Assembly: GCF_018350175.1 (NCBI RefSeq)
Contig: NC_058368.1
Span: 161,264,001 to 161,328,000, forward strand
Length of the DNA: 64,000 nucleotides
Direction of reading: 5' to 3'
Origin: Felis catus
Lineage: Eukaryota
In this document: piece after piece, positions 12,335 to 24,589 of the stretch
How positions within the stretch are numbered: position 1 is the first letter of the stretch
Layout of the letters: each line of letters starts with the position of its first letter
Translations under genes and position numbers: made by a program
The notes under the pieces: model-generated
What the model saw: only the letters and a program-made list of their open reading frames with translations
The model's database searches: none
Told to the model about the DNA's origin: nothing

Positions 12335-13208
12335 CAAATTAAAGAAAGCCACAAATTCCTTGACGCTCCTCCCATCAAGTGTGACTGTTTTGACTAATAG
12401 AATATATTAGAAGCTTTGCTCTGCCTGTTTCTGGCTCCAGGCCTGTAGAGACTGGCAGCTCCCACTTCATGTTTCTTGGAACACTGACTCTTGGAAGTCA
12501 GCCACCATGCTATGAGAAAGCCAAAGCTGCCTCATGGAGAGGACTAGCATGGCTGAGCTCCCAGCCAGCAGTCAGCACCAACTCGTTATTCCACGTGGGG
12601 AGCCTCGTCAACACCTAAACCTGATTTAGTTTATGAAATCTTGGATCCTGATCTTGAACCTGATGCTATATTGGGAAGGAAAGTTGGAGTTTGTGGAGGA
12701 AGTGAGTGTATTTTTCATGTGGGAGTAACATAAATAATTTTTAGACAGAAGGCTAAGTTCTTTACACTCTGCTTATTAACAGTTGTAGTCTCTACCCACT
12801 TTCCTTGCATCTGTGGGATCTGTGACTACTTTGAAGTACGGCAGAAATGAAACAGAAACATTTAAAGACTGGAAACTTCCACTTTCTGTCTCTTGGAACA
12901 CTAACTCTTAGATGTTACTGGGAGGAAGCTGAAGCAAAGCCTTGGAGAGATCCACATGAGGAAGAGTGAGGCGCCAAGCCAAGAGCCCCAGTTAAGCTCA
13001 TAGCAATCAGCTGGCACATATTTATCAGATATGTGAGTAGATCTTCCAGCCCTATTGAGTCACCATAGCTGATAGAACATAGAGCAGAGATATACACACT
13101 ACAGAACCCATTGTATATTCATCCATGAAGTCATGAGCAAAATAAAGTTCACATTTCAAGCTACTAAGTTTTTGCATTATGTATTACATAGTAATAGATA
13201 ACTGGAAC
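12335..13208 (+). mobile_element. MaLR (MLT1H/G-like): partial LTR, short internal 3' tail, second LTR
   Basis: Two related LTR segments (cacttcatgtttcttggaacactgactcttgga vs cactttctgtctcttggaacactaactcttaga); MLT1-int end gtgagtgtatttttcatgtgggag; LTR end aataaag...aagctactaagt...gtaatagataactggaac. Confidence 0.75.
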
Positions 13209-13229
13209 CCCAAGAGTATTCTCAGAATC

Positions 13230-13540
13230 GTGTTTCTGTTCCCTCCATGTAGAATTCTCTTCCCACAAATCTTTGCAGGATTAGTTTCTGTTCAGCATTA
13301 AGTACTCATTCAAATGCATTCCCAGTCTTAGGTATTTTTATGCTCTCAATCCCAACACATTGTTCTTTCATCATTTGTTTAAGTGTTTACTATCTATTTA
13401 TATCTACTCCCACCTAAATTAGAATATAAGTTACATAAAATAAGGAAATTTTTACCTTGTTCTTTGCTATATCTCTTTTACCTAAAGCAATACCTCAATA
13501 TACATGTTCTTAACATTCAACATTTATTGAATACATTAAT
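13230..13540 (+). mobile_element. L2 3' end
   Basis: tagaatataagttacat...cctaaagcaatacct...catttattgaat resembles the L2 terminus. Confidence 0.6.
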
Positions 13541-14374
13541 TACTAATTCCATTCTACTGGCTTCATCAGTATCAAAGAGGATCTGATTATATGGTAATAG
13601 AAGTAGAGAATACTAGAGGCTTATAGGTTCATCTTCTATATCTCCAAATGCTATTCCAATTGTTTCTCAAACATTGAGCCACCAGATTAAGGAACTAGAT
13701 TCCAACTGAATCAGATTTCAATAATTGGTCAGTCATAGTGATACTTTATACTTACAATCCAAATGTCCAGATAGCTGCAATCAGTCAGTTTAGCTCATTA
13801 CAAACCAATTTTGAATTGGTCTGCTTAAATGTGTAGTGATAAGTTGGAAACAACATCAAATCCCTAATTCAATCACAAGAAGGTGTCCAATATGTGGCTA
13901 TACATGTGCTTTGAGTATCTCTCATGGATTGGCTGCCTCTCTGTTTGTTTTTTTACGAAAGCTCACACACATTTTGAGTTAGATAATCGTTTTACGCACA
14001 CACACACTTTCACTCTTTTCCACCTAATTTAAAGCATTGTTGCTGTCACCATCACACTTGCTCAGACACATCTATAATCATGTGTCATCTTTGTGATGCA
14101 TGGCTTTCATTAGTGGAAGATAAAAGGTTATATTCTATTTCAAGGAAAAAAAAATCTAACTTTCAGACTGTAAATCATGCTTGTGGAATTCAGAGGACAT
14201 AGCCCTTTACTCTCTTTACTTCCCTTCAGTGTCCTACATGTCTTTAGCAAATCCTCACTGAAGGGACATTAGAAAATCTTTCATCTTCACATCCTTCCCC
14301 TTTATCCTCTACAAAATCCCGTAAAATGTCAGTTAATAACAAAGAAATAGTAAAGTTCTTATAATGCCCTTAAG

Positions 14375-14525
14375 GAGACTAACATTCAGGATTTTATATA
14401 CGGCAGCAGACCAGACCTTGAATTAGGATCCCATTGACCCACTGAATATATAATGTAGCACGACTATACTGCCCAAGTTACCCATGACTTGTTGCAGCAA
14501 TCTGTTTTCTCTCTTAAAATATGAA
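14375..14525 (+). mobile_element. MIR fragment
   Basis: cagaccagaccttgaatt...gcccaagttaccc...tctgttttctctcttaaaatatg. Confidence 0.5.
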
Positions 14526-14554
14526 TTTGTGTGTCTATGTATGTGTGTATGTAA

Positions 14555-14555
<1 letters not shown>

Positions 14556-14602
<47 letters not shown>
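14556..14602. repeat. (TG)23 microsatellite
   Basis: Directly visible. Confidence 0.98.
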
Positions 14603-14605
<3 letters not shown>

Positions 14606-15832
14606 CTCCTCAAGAAAACATCCACTAAAATTTGGGTTGCAAAAACACTGATTCAGGTCTTACATTCTTGATTGCAGAAATATGAAGAGCAAGGTCTCTT
14701 TGTCACTTAAATATTAGAACAATCATTACAAGACCGTTAAATCATGAGGAAATATGACCTTGATAATTAGATCATGAGAGACAGGACAACCCTATGAGTG
14801 CTTGATAGGTATTTAAATTTTCCTGAGCACTGCCTTCCAAATGTGTTAGTGTTTTGGTATCTGTTAAAAACACTTACTAAAAACTATTTATGATTTGATT
14901 GTTTGGATTTTCCTCTATCATCTGTGAGTTCATTTCTCTTCCTTTGACATGAAAATGCCCCATGTAAAATTTCTAGGGAAGCACATTATTAACTACCAGG
15001 TCCCTTGATAGTACCAAAGCAATCACACTAGTATTCCTTTAGCTTTTACTCTCAGATACTTTTGAATCCTGCCATTCAAATCATCATGGTGTTAATATAT
15101 TCCCAAGCACTGAGGACTCAGAGGAGCACGATGCTTCAATGTGTTTATAGAATACACTTCATGTAGACGGGCACGAAAGGAACAGTTTGCATAATCATCT
15201 GCCAAAAAGAATCCATCTGTCAGAAGAGTAGAAGCTGGTATCAAACAAGTTCACATTAAAAAACATAATCTCAATTTCCATTCTGTGCACTTCATTTCCT
15301 TGAGCCTAATTATCAGTGTGCATATAAATGAGGAAAATACTTCTTCCTGGTTACAGTTCAAAAATTCTGATCTTGGCAAGAGACAACAATAGCTGCTCAT
15401 TTCTTTTGGGGCTGTACCATGCAGCTGAGAGCATTGGGGCTGAAAATGCCAGGCCAAATTCCATTACTGCCAATGTGAAGCTTTACTTTACTGCTTGTGG
15501 TAAATGTGGTTATGTGTGAACAACAGAAATATTGTCTCATTTCCTTAGTGTTAACAAATCCTGGCTTGGCTCCAAAGAAGAAACATGGCCCAGGTTTTCA
15601 AGCATTCATTTTTGTAGTTATTTTCTGATAAAGTTCTTAAATTTCTGCACAGTTAACTGTGGCAGAAACATAAGTCTTCAGAAAGAAAAAGAAAAGTGCA
15701 AAGACACATTTAAAACACTATATTAAAATCTAATGTCAGACAAAAATGTAGAGAGAAAATTGAATTATTTTCTCCACAAAATACTTTTCACTTAAAAATT
15801 ATTTGTTCCTATTCTTTAAAAACTAAATTCCT

Positions 15833-16045
15833 GGGGTACCTGGGTGGCTCAGTCTGTTGAGCTTGGACTCTTAATCTCAGCCCAGGTCATGATCTCACGG
15901 TTAGTGAGTTCGACCCCGCATCGGGCTCTGTGCTGACAGCCCAGAGCCTGCTTGGGATTCTCTGTCTCCCTCTCTCTCTGCCCCTCCCCTGCTCGCTCAC
16001 TTTTGTTCTCTCTCTCTCAAAATAAATAAGTAACCATTAAAAAAA
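15833..16045 (+). mobile_element. Can-SINE
   Basis: ggggtacctgggtggctcagtc..., CT-rich region, aaaataaataag tail. Confidence 0.95.
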
Positions 16046-16952
16046 CCCTAAACTCTCAATTTATAGTGTGATTTTAGCCACACGCAGCTTAACAAAAGTA
16101 AGGACTTTACATAGAGGTACTTTCTGAAATTACTAAAGATATTTTATATTTTGAAATGTGATGTTTTATTTTTTATTGATGCAGAGACACAATCACATAT
16201 TAAATCACTTTGTCTTCCAGATGTATTATTTCTGTTGAAATAATCCAGCTTCCAATAGCATATAATTTAATATTCATACACTTATAAATAATAAAGATTA
16301 AAAAAATTTAAAGCAATATTACATTAACACAAGTCATAAAACATAGGAAGGAGACAGAGTTTCCAAGTTTATGAATCTGTAAATATGTGCCAATGCATAG
16401 GTATGTAATATTGTATGCCTTTGGTTTTCTCGACTGACTAAAATACTTCCATAACCCTCTGGAAAATTCCAGTTTGAAAAACAGTGAAGTAAAAAACCAA
16501 AGTAAAAGATATAAGTGCATTTGATGCATTTAATAAAACCCAAATGAAAACACCACTGCTTATATATTTATATAGTTGTTAAGTATTCAAATTCTTTTTG
16601 CACACATTTTTGGTTATGATGATAGTCCAATGAAACAGGTTCTATTTATTAAAATTCCACTTTGTAGTTGAGAGAATTGAGGTTCTAGTAGCTTAGCACA
16701 ATGCTAAATGCTATGTTGTCTATTATAACAATGATTGCGCCCCCCCCAACCAAAATCTGTCACAGAGTTATTATTGGATTTATTTACTGTTTTTCCCTAA
16801 GATTTACTTTGTCAATTATAAAGATTTTCAAAATCAGAACTTGTTATATTTTTCTGTGCATACTTATATATATTTCTATGCACACTTATATATACTTAAG
16901 TTAAAAAGATAGACTATGAGTACTGACTTTAGTCTACAATCATCCATTAAGT

Positions 16953-17121
16953 CATTGCGCTCCTCCAAATGTTAATGTACATATCAATCATCTGGGGGGG
17001 CTTGGAAAAAATGAAGATTCTGATTCAATAATTATGGGTTGTGCCAGATATCTGCCTCTCCAACAAGTTCCTAGGTAACACTGATGCTGCTAATTCATAG
17101 ACTGCACTTTGAGAAGCAAGG
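16953..17121 (+). mobile_element. MER5A1-like hAT-Charlie MITE
   Basis: atcatctggggggcttg...gattctgattca...caacaagttcctaggtaacactgatgctgct...cactttgagaagcaagg. Confidence 0.8.
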
Positions 17122-17399
17122 CTCTAAGGAACTGGTTATAATGAGTGTGGTTAAGGGATAGGCCTGATACCATTCATGATCCTCTTTTGAGTGTCCCAGA
17201 GGGACTTGCCTCCCACTGGTGTGCTGAGAGATTTCTTATCCATATTCTTTCAAGTGTTTTAATTTTATCATTAGTATCCCGAATCTCTTAGATACATAGA
17301 CTTCATTGTTAAATTTCTTCATTGTCTATAAGGGAGGAAGAAGTTGAATGTTTTTTTCTGGACCCATCCCCCTACCTTATCTCCACTCAAAGAAATTAA

Positions 17400-19130
17400 T
17401 ATATACGCATCTCTATTGTTTTTCCATGCTAATAAAATCACATAAAACTATCTTTAGAGGTTTAAGTATTTTTAAAATTTCTTTGTTTTATAAAAATGTG
17501 ATCATATTACACATACCTCTCTGCATCTTACAGTTTTCACTTAGTAGATCGAGATGGAAAATCTTACAAGTGAGCATTCTTTTTAATATCTTCATAGTTT
17601 CTATACTTTAGATATGCCATATTTTAATCAACCATTTTTTTAAGTTTACTTATTTTGAGAGAGCGAGAGATAGAGACAGAGTGGGGAGGGGCAAAGAGAG
17701 GGAGAGAAAGAGAATCCCAAGCAGGCCCTACAACATCAATATAGAGCCCGCCCAAAGCAGTGCTTGAATTCACAAACTGGAAGATAATGACCTGAGCTGA
17801 AACCAAAAGCTAAATGCTCAACCAACTGAACAACCCAGATGCTTCTCAACTATTTTCTTATAGACCAATATTCATCTTATTTCACTTTTGCCACAACACA
17901 GTTATAATAAACATCCTTATAGCTATATAAGTGACGCCTATATTTCCATAGGGTGTGTTCACAGAAGAAATATTGAATGCATACATTTTGATTTTAATGG
18001 ATTTTGACATATGGATTTCTAAGCGCTATAAAACAACATTTCCATAGGCAATATATTATAGCATTTTCTTTTTTTTTCTGTTCATGGTAGGTGTTGCTAA
18101 TGAGATAAAACACACTGAATGCATCTTATGTTATAATGTAATATCAATAAGCCATTTTTCATGTATATTTGCCTGTTTCAAGAATTTGTGACCACATTAT
18201 GTTATAGATGTTAACTCAGTTACAGATACTAATCCTAATCAATAATAGGCATATTAGCTTTGTTTATGGTATCTTTTGTGATGTAACATATTTGAAAAAT
18301 ATATAGAGAGAGTTAAACAAATCTACATTTTTCCATAGTTCCTAGGATTTGTGACATGGTTAAAATTATTTCTAATCAATAGGATATTCATTTACCTCTC
18401 ACATTTTATTATAAAATTTTTAATTTTTACATTTGTGTTATGTTTTACCTAAATTTTCTTTTTGTGAGTAGTATGAGATATGTGAGTAGTATGAAATATA
18501 ATCTTTATTCCCTCCTATATAGAATGCCAATTGGGTCAACATATTGTTAAATATGTTAGTATGTTTCCACAAAATTAAAACACACTAATGCAAACAAAAT
18601 TTCAATTACATATACATTGAAATCTATTTGTTCTTCACTTTGTGCCATTTTTTGATTTTCTATTCTTTTACCAACAATTTTTTTTTAGTTCTGATGATTT
18701 TATATTATTTCAGTATCTTATGAAGTTAATCTTTTATAATCATTTTCTTTGTTATAATTATCTGGCTTCTTTCAGGCATTTATTTTTTGAAAAGAATTTG
18801 AGATCATTTTACTCAATTAAAAAATAACTATGTTGTGATTTAGTTGGAAACTCATTAAATACATGGTACAATTTAGAGAGAATTGACAATTTCATTGTAT
18901 TAATCTTTGTATCAAAAGCATGGCATGTCATTCTATTATTCAGATTTACTCTATATTATTGAGTAAGATTGAGTAGTTTTTTGTATATAGTGTAATACTT
19001 GATATACTTGACTTTCATTCTACCTATGTATTCAATGTTTACTTTTATGTCATTTCATTGTTATCATAGTTTTCCATTTCTAGATTTTGCTGGTTTATTC
19101 AAAAGCTACAAATTGCTTTTTTTTTTTTAA
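17400..19130 (-). mobile_element. Old L1M (L1ME-like) 3' region fragments
   Basis: T-rich antisense L1 features, e.g. aatttagagagaattgacaatttcattgtattaatc. Confidence 0.6.
17635..17845 (-). mobile_element. Can-SINE (diverged)
   Basis: SINE body on the minus strand; TSD tcaaccatttt / tcaactatttt. Confidence 0.9.
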
Positions 19131-19384
19131 TATTCTCTTTGGGGGTTTCTGCTTCCCACTATGATAGAATAGCTTGTATTAGACTAATGTGTCCCTTCAA
19201 GAATAAGTAAAAAAGCTATAAGAAATACCAAAACAGCTCTTTCAAGAGTTTAATAGAGTACACTTAGAAAAGCCAGAATCTCACGGGGCAGTGATCTCAG
19301 GAGAAGACAAAAGTATTGAAAAGATCCAGATATTTTTATGCCACTTTTCTTTCCAGGTTTTTGCTGATTAATAACAATGGGGTG

Positions 19385-19595
19385 GGGGGGTGTCTGGGTG
19401 GCTCAGTCAGTTAAGCAGCCAATGTTGGTTCAGGTCATGATCTCACAGTTAGTGGGTTCTAGCCCTGCATCAGGCTCTGTGCTGACAGCTCAGAGCCTGG
19501 AGACTGCTTTGGATTCTGTGTCTCCCTCTCTGTCCCTCCCCCATTCATGCTCTGTCTCTCTCTGTCTCTTAAAAGTGAATAAACATTCAAATAAA
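19385..19595 (+). mobile_element. Can-SINE (SINEC_Fc-type)
   Basis: ggggtgtctgggtggctcagtcagttaagc...gctgacagctcagagcctggag. Confidence 0.95.
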
Positions 19596-19850
19596 ATAAC
19601 AGTAGGAAACTTAGTAAACAAGTATAAACAAGCTCACAACTTATGGTGGTCTATGGGGCCAGGGGGACAAATAATTGCAATTCAAGGTACAAAGTGCTCT
19701 AATATTAGAAGAGAAAGACCCTGTCGAAAAGGGAACTGCAGAAAAGTGAGTCCAACATTCTGTACCACTCACTTTTCTCCTTGAAGTAATATTCTTTTCT
19801 TAAAGTCCTGAGACTAAGGCTAAGAAATTGAGGGAATATATATTTAAATC

Positions 19851-20063
19851 TTTTTTTTAATTTTTTTTTAAATTTATTTTTGAGACAGAGAGAGACAGAG
19901 CATGAGCAGGCGAGGGACAGAGAGGGAGACACAGAATCCGAAGCAGGCTCCAGGCTCTGAGCTGTCAGCACAGAGCCCCATGCGGGGCTCGAACTCACGG
20001 ACTGTGAGATCATGACCTGAGCAGAAGTTGGACGCTTAACCGACCGAGCCACCCAGGCGCCCG
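19851..20063 (-). mobile_element. Can-SINE (SINEC_Fc-type)
   Basis: Full SINE; TSD aaattgagggaatatatattt / aaattgagggactatatattt. Confidence 0.96.
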
Positions 20064-20096
20064 TAAATTGAGGGACTATATATTTTTAGTCTAAAC

Positions 20097-20309
20097 TAGA
20101 TATCAGCAATAAGACCCACAGGTTATTCAGCAAAATATCTATTTTGTAAATAAAGTTTTGCTGAAACAAACACATACTCATTTGTTTATGTTTTCTCTAT
20201 GTATGCTTTTGTGTCTCAGTGGCAAACCTACTAGTTATGACAGACACTGCATGAAAAGCCCAAAATATTTACTATTTGATTATTCACAGAAAAAGTTTGC
20301 TGACCCTTG
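20097..20309 (+). mobile_element. MER58A-like hAT-Charlie MITE
   Basis: ttttgtaaataaagtttt...aaagcccaaaatatttactat...cagaaaaagtttgctgacccttg. Confidence 0.85.
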
Positions 20310-20695
20310 GTCTCATCCAAACACTTTTAATTGTAAAAGGGAGTTTCTTGATACTTATGGTCAGAAAAGAGGTGTAACCTAGGATTGCCCTAAATAAAAT
20401 AAAAGAGGCAATTGATTAATCTTCATAAAGACTGAAATATCCCACACCAATTTTCTCCTGCTTCTAGCTGTAATCCAAAAGTAAAATAGACTATAGAGGA
20501 AGATAGGATCTTTCCCATCCTCTACAATTTTTTCAAATACAATGCTGGCATTAAATAAATAATCTCTAGGATTGTCAGGAGATTAGACAGAAATAACAGA
20601 AATTCAAGAGAAAAAAAAATCAGACAAAAGAAACAGACCCAGAAATGACAGAGATATTAGTGTTTTGGGCAGCATTTTTAAATTACTGTGATTAA

Positions 20696-20816
20696 GGGAC
20701 ACCTGGATGGCTCAGTTTGAAGAACATGTGACTTGATCTCAGGGTTGTGAGTTCAAGTTCCATGTTGGGTTTTGAGGTTATTAAAAACAAAATCTTAAAA
20801 AAAATAAAATAAAGAA
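20696..20816 (+). mobile_element. Short tRNA-Lys-like carnivore SINE lacking the CT-rich region
   Basis: gggacacctggatggctcagtttgaagaacatgtgacttgatctcagggttgtgagttcaag...A-tail; perfect 17-bp TSD taaattactgtgattaa (20679-20695, 20817-20833). Confidence 0.9.
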
Positions 20817-22979
20817 TAAATTACTGTGATTAATATGTTCAAAAGAAGAGAGGGGGAAATACAGAAATCTGTATCAGAAAATTGAGATCTATAAGAATAG
20901 ATAATCTTTGAAAATTCTAAATCTGAAAATACAGTAATGGAAGTTACACATTTAGTGAATGAATTTAAAAGCAGAATAGTGGCCAGAAGAGAAGACCAGT
21001 GAAGTAGAGGACAATATAGGAATAAATATCTGGGAAAATATATAAAAGAATAAAAAAGTTAATGGTCTATCATTCATGTAATTGAATTTGCATTACAAGG
21101 GGACAGAAATAATAGAGCAGGACAATAACTGAAAAAAATATTGGCCATGGACTTCAAATCAGATCAAAATGATCAAGCTGCAGATTTTAAATGCTAGTGT
21201 AAATTAAAATTGCATTTAAGTTAAATTAAAATTGTTCCTTTTGCTGACAATGCCTTCCATTTAGAGCAGTATTATTAATTCATTAAACTGCCTTTTTTTT
21301 CCTTCTCTCTACCTGCTAGGGCCCCTTAACAACAACATTATTTTCCCTTGCTTGCTCATTAAGGCTCAGTTCAAATACTGAAGTGAGGGGGCAGCAATCT
21401 GGAGAGAGGTATGCAGGCTCTATTCCTGTTCTTGGAAGAGGCAACAGTCAAGGTGTCAGCTCATGTCACTCTAATATTTCCCAGGTACAGAAATCCAACA
21501 TGCCAGGGTCACTTTCCCACAGCTCTTCCAATGCAGAGGAACCGCAGGTCCTCAGTGAACCAATATGCAGCACTTCCTTTTGTGGGGGATGGGATTCATG
21601 AATACCTGCAGGTCAGGTGCTTTCCAGAATCCATCTAAACTTCCTCACCCTGAATTTCCCTCCCCTTGTCCCAATGTGATACCAAGATTAGTGGGAAAAA
21701 AAAAAACAAAAACTGTACCAACTCTGTCCTTTAGGACTCCAGTTAAGCTTGAGGCCTTGCTACCAGCTTCAATGCTTCAGTTTAACATGTAAGGCATGGG
21801 AGAGATAAAGTTGTTTGGTGGCAATTAGGACAATGACAGCAAGGCAGGAAATGTTCAAGCTGCCACCTTTTCCTGTTTTCCTAATCTTGCCTCTTTCCAA
21901 ATGTATTTAAATAATACTGTTTTCTCAAAAAGGCTTATTATTCCAGAAACTTATTTTAAACAAATCTAACTCTGATGGAAATTTAATGCAACTGAAATAA
22001 AAGCCCAAAATAGACTCTTATTCTTGTATGGCAGTAAACCAAACAGATCATTAGTGGAAACACCACTATAATAACTTTTCTTTTCATATACCGAACAGTT
22101 TTGTGCAGAACATAATTTTAATCATACCATCTCCTTTTCCGTGTACTCCATAAAATCTATTATAAAATCCATTCTAAAATAATTATGTGTTTATACATTG
22201 TTAACTTCAATAGAGCATTATAAAAATAGAATCATTTCTTCTGGTTAGGCATCTTGGTAGATTTTCCATATTTTTCAATATTCCACATGAGAAGATAAAA
22301 CATGACGGCTGTAAATTTCTGAGCCAACTGACCTAGTCAGGTAGGTATAATATTTAATATCATGTGGAAGATTTTACAGATATATGTTCAATATTCTCTA
22401 ACTAAATATATATTTTTTTCTTTTTTCCCAATGACTATGTTCAAGGGCTAAATATACTGAATTACGAGGATGGTATTTTTTTTCTTGTTTCCTGGATTTC
22501 AAATGACACTGCACTGGCTGCAAACAGAGCCAAACCAAATTAACTCTAAACAATGAAGAAAAATGAAGGTGGCATCTTAGCCCAGGGGATCTTGCCAAAG
22601 GAACATAGTTTCTTTCCACATTTCTAAACTTATTCCATTTCAGAGGATGAAATGGATCTCTCCTTTTCCACACTAGTAAAAAAGGAGATGGAATTCAGGA
22701 AATTCAAATGCTTATGAGGAGAAATGCTAATTATAATCACCCATATTAGTATGAAAAATGTCATAAATAGACCTCAGAGTACTATGATTAAAAGCTATTA
22801 TTCTTTTAATTTAGCAAGATAAAATTTATATGTAAGGTGGCTGGTGATTATTTGACACAAACCCAAAGTTTGTGGGCAGTATTGGTAGTGGGAGTTCCAG
22901 TATTGTTTATCCACAATTACTCAGCCATGAGGAGGCACTCCAGAGACTTGCTATGATCCATTGAATTAGTTATGACCAG

Positions 22980-23130
22980 TTTCAATGTTAAAAGGACTGC
23001 TAAGAGATACTTCAACAATCTAATATACAAATGAAGGATGAAGGACCAAAGAGATTAAAGCACTTACTTCCAGTTAGCACTTAGTAGGGTTGGAGGAGAT
23101 CCCAGGTTTACAGATTCCTACTGACACAGA
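22980..23130 (-). mobile_element. MIR fragment
   Basis: tatacaaatgaaggatgaaggaccaaagagattaaagcacttacttcc resembles antisense MIR. Confidence 0.5.
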
Positions 23131-24149
23131 TTCTTATGGCCATTTAGTAACCATTTAGTTGATGCCTAGAATGAGTTAATTCAATAAAAACACAGAAACA
23201 TTTGGAATTTTCTCATACCTAACATACATGTATGTATATAATTTCACTCGCTTTAAGATACTCAGAGAAGATAATTATCCAGCAAATTATTTGAAGGAGA
23301 AAGAGGGAAAAGCATCATTGAGAACTTTGGGGTATTTGAGAAATGAGAAATGTGTTGGGTAAAAATAATGGATTTGGCTTTTGAGTTAAGTATTAGGTGA
23401 ACAGAATAGCATTTACTCGACAGCAACATGGGGAAGAAAAACAAATGTATCTCAATGTGTTAAAAGCAATGGATTAACTATGCCACAAGGTCTTTGGGAT
23501 GAATAAACTCATTACACAATACAAAATGAAAGCTGGAAATCTGTGAATAAACCTCAAAAGTTGTGACAGTCTTAAAACATTCAGAAATGAAATGTAAGGT
23601 GGTTCTTAGATGACCATAAGCTGCTATTTATTAAGAAAAATGTATTTTAAAGAGTAGATTGAAGATTTGTTTATAGATAATCAAAACAAAACTAACAACA
23701 TTTGAATTGCGTTAAATTCTAAATGGATTCAACTTTGTAAGTCTGCTTGACAAACCCAGTGACACTGGAGTATGCAATTATCAAAGATGCAGTAACTGTG
23801 CACTGGAATTTCCACAACTATTGTGAAACAGAAAGCAGTTTTCCTATTAAATGACAGTAGATAGAGCTTTGAAAAGAAGTCTCTAAACAATTTATTATTT
23901 AAAATCATTTCTTTTTAAGAAAACATGGTGAACTAATTTCCTCATTTATAGGAAAAGAATGTTAAACTACAGATGATACAAATTAATTCTTGAGCCATAC
24001 AAATTCTTTGCCTTGAAAGTTTATTTCCTTTACTTCATATCATTTGAATTGATTTGAAATAAATAGACTTCAGTGACAGAAATTGACTTCAATTTTTTCC
24101 AAAGTTAATTTATAAATCTGTAATTATTTTAAAACTATGGGGTTCTTTT

Positions 24150-24589
24150 ATTACTGATAGTTCCAGTGAAACATAAAGAGAAGTAATTGTCATTATCCTT
24201 GCCCTTGTGAAGGTTACATTCTCATTTAGAAGGCAGGATTTACCAAATTAGTAGTATATATTCAGTATATCAACTACATTCAGTATATACATTCAGTATA
24301 TCAACTCACTAAATGAGTTTCTGACTCAGTAATAGGCTAACCTGAAAACAAACAAACAAACAAACAAACAAAACTGAGACCAGATCATGTAAAATTACAT
24401 AAATCAGAATAGAATTTAATGTGATAGACAACATAAAGATATTATAAGATTTTGAGCAGAGGATTGAAATATTTTTCTCCTGTTACATGTCAAGATAAAA
24501 TTAGTTTGGTGAAGATTAAGCTAGCAGTAATATGTGTAAAGAATTAAAGAAAGGAAAAATAGAGGTAAAAAGACAGTTAAGAAGCTATT
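24150..24589 (-). mobile_element. L2 fragment, target of the L1 insertion; resumes at 29384-29660
   Basis: ttttgagcagaggattgaaat...agacagttaagaagctatt|atgagccaagaatgaaaac is collinear with antisense L2 consensus across the L1. Confidence 0.65.

Larger units (their letters stand above)
19140..21190 (+). mobile_element. Old L1/HAL1-like 5' and ORF1 region, interrupted by SINEs and a MITE
   Basis: A-rich ORF1-like motifs gaaattctaaatctgaaaatacagtaatggaa and gaatgaatttaaaagcagaatag. Confidence 0.55.

Noticed and set aside
20696..20770. tRNA-Lys gene
   Set aside because: It is degenerate, followed by a poly(A) tail and flanked by a TSD, so it is a retroposed SINE.
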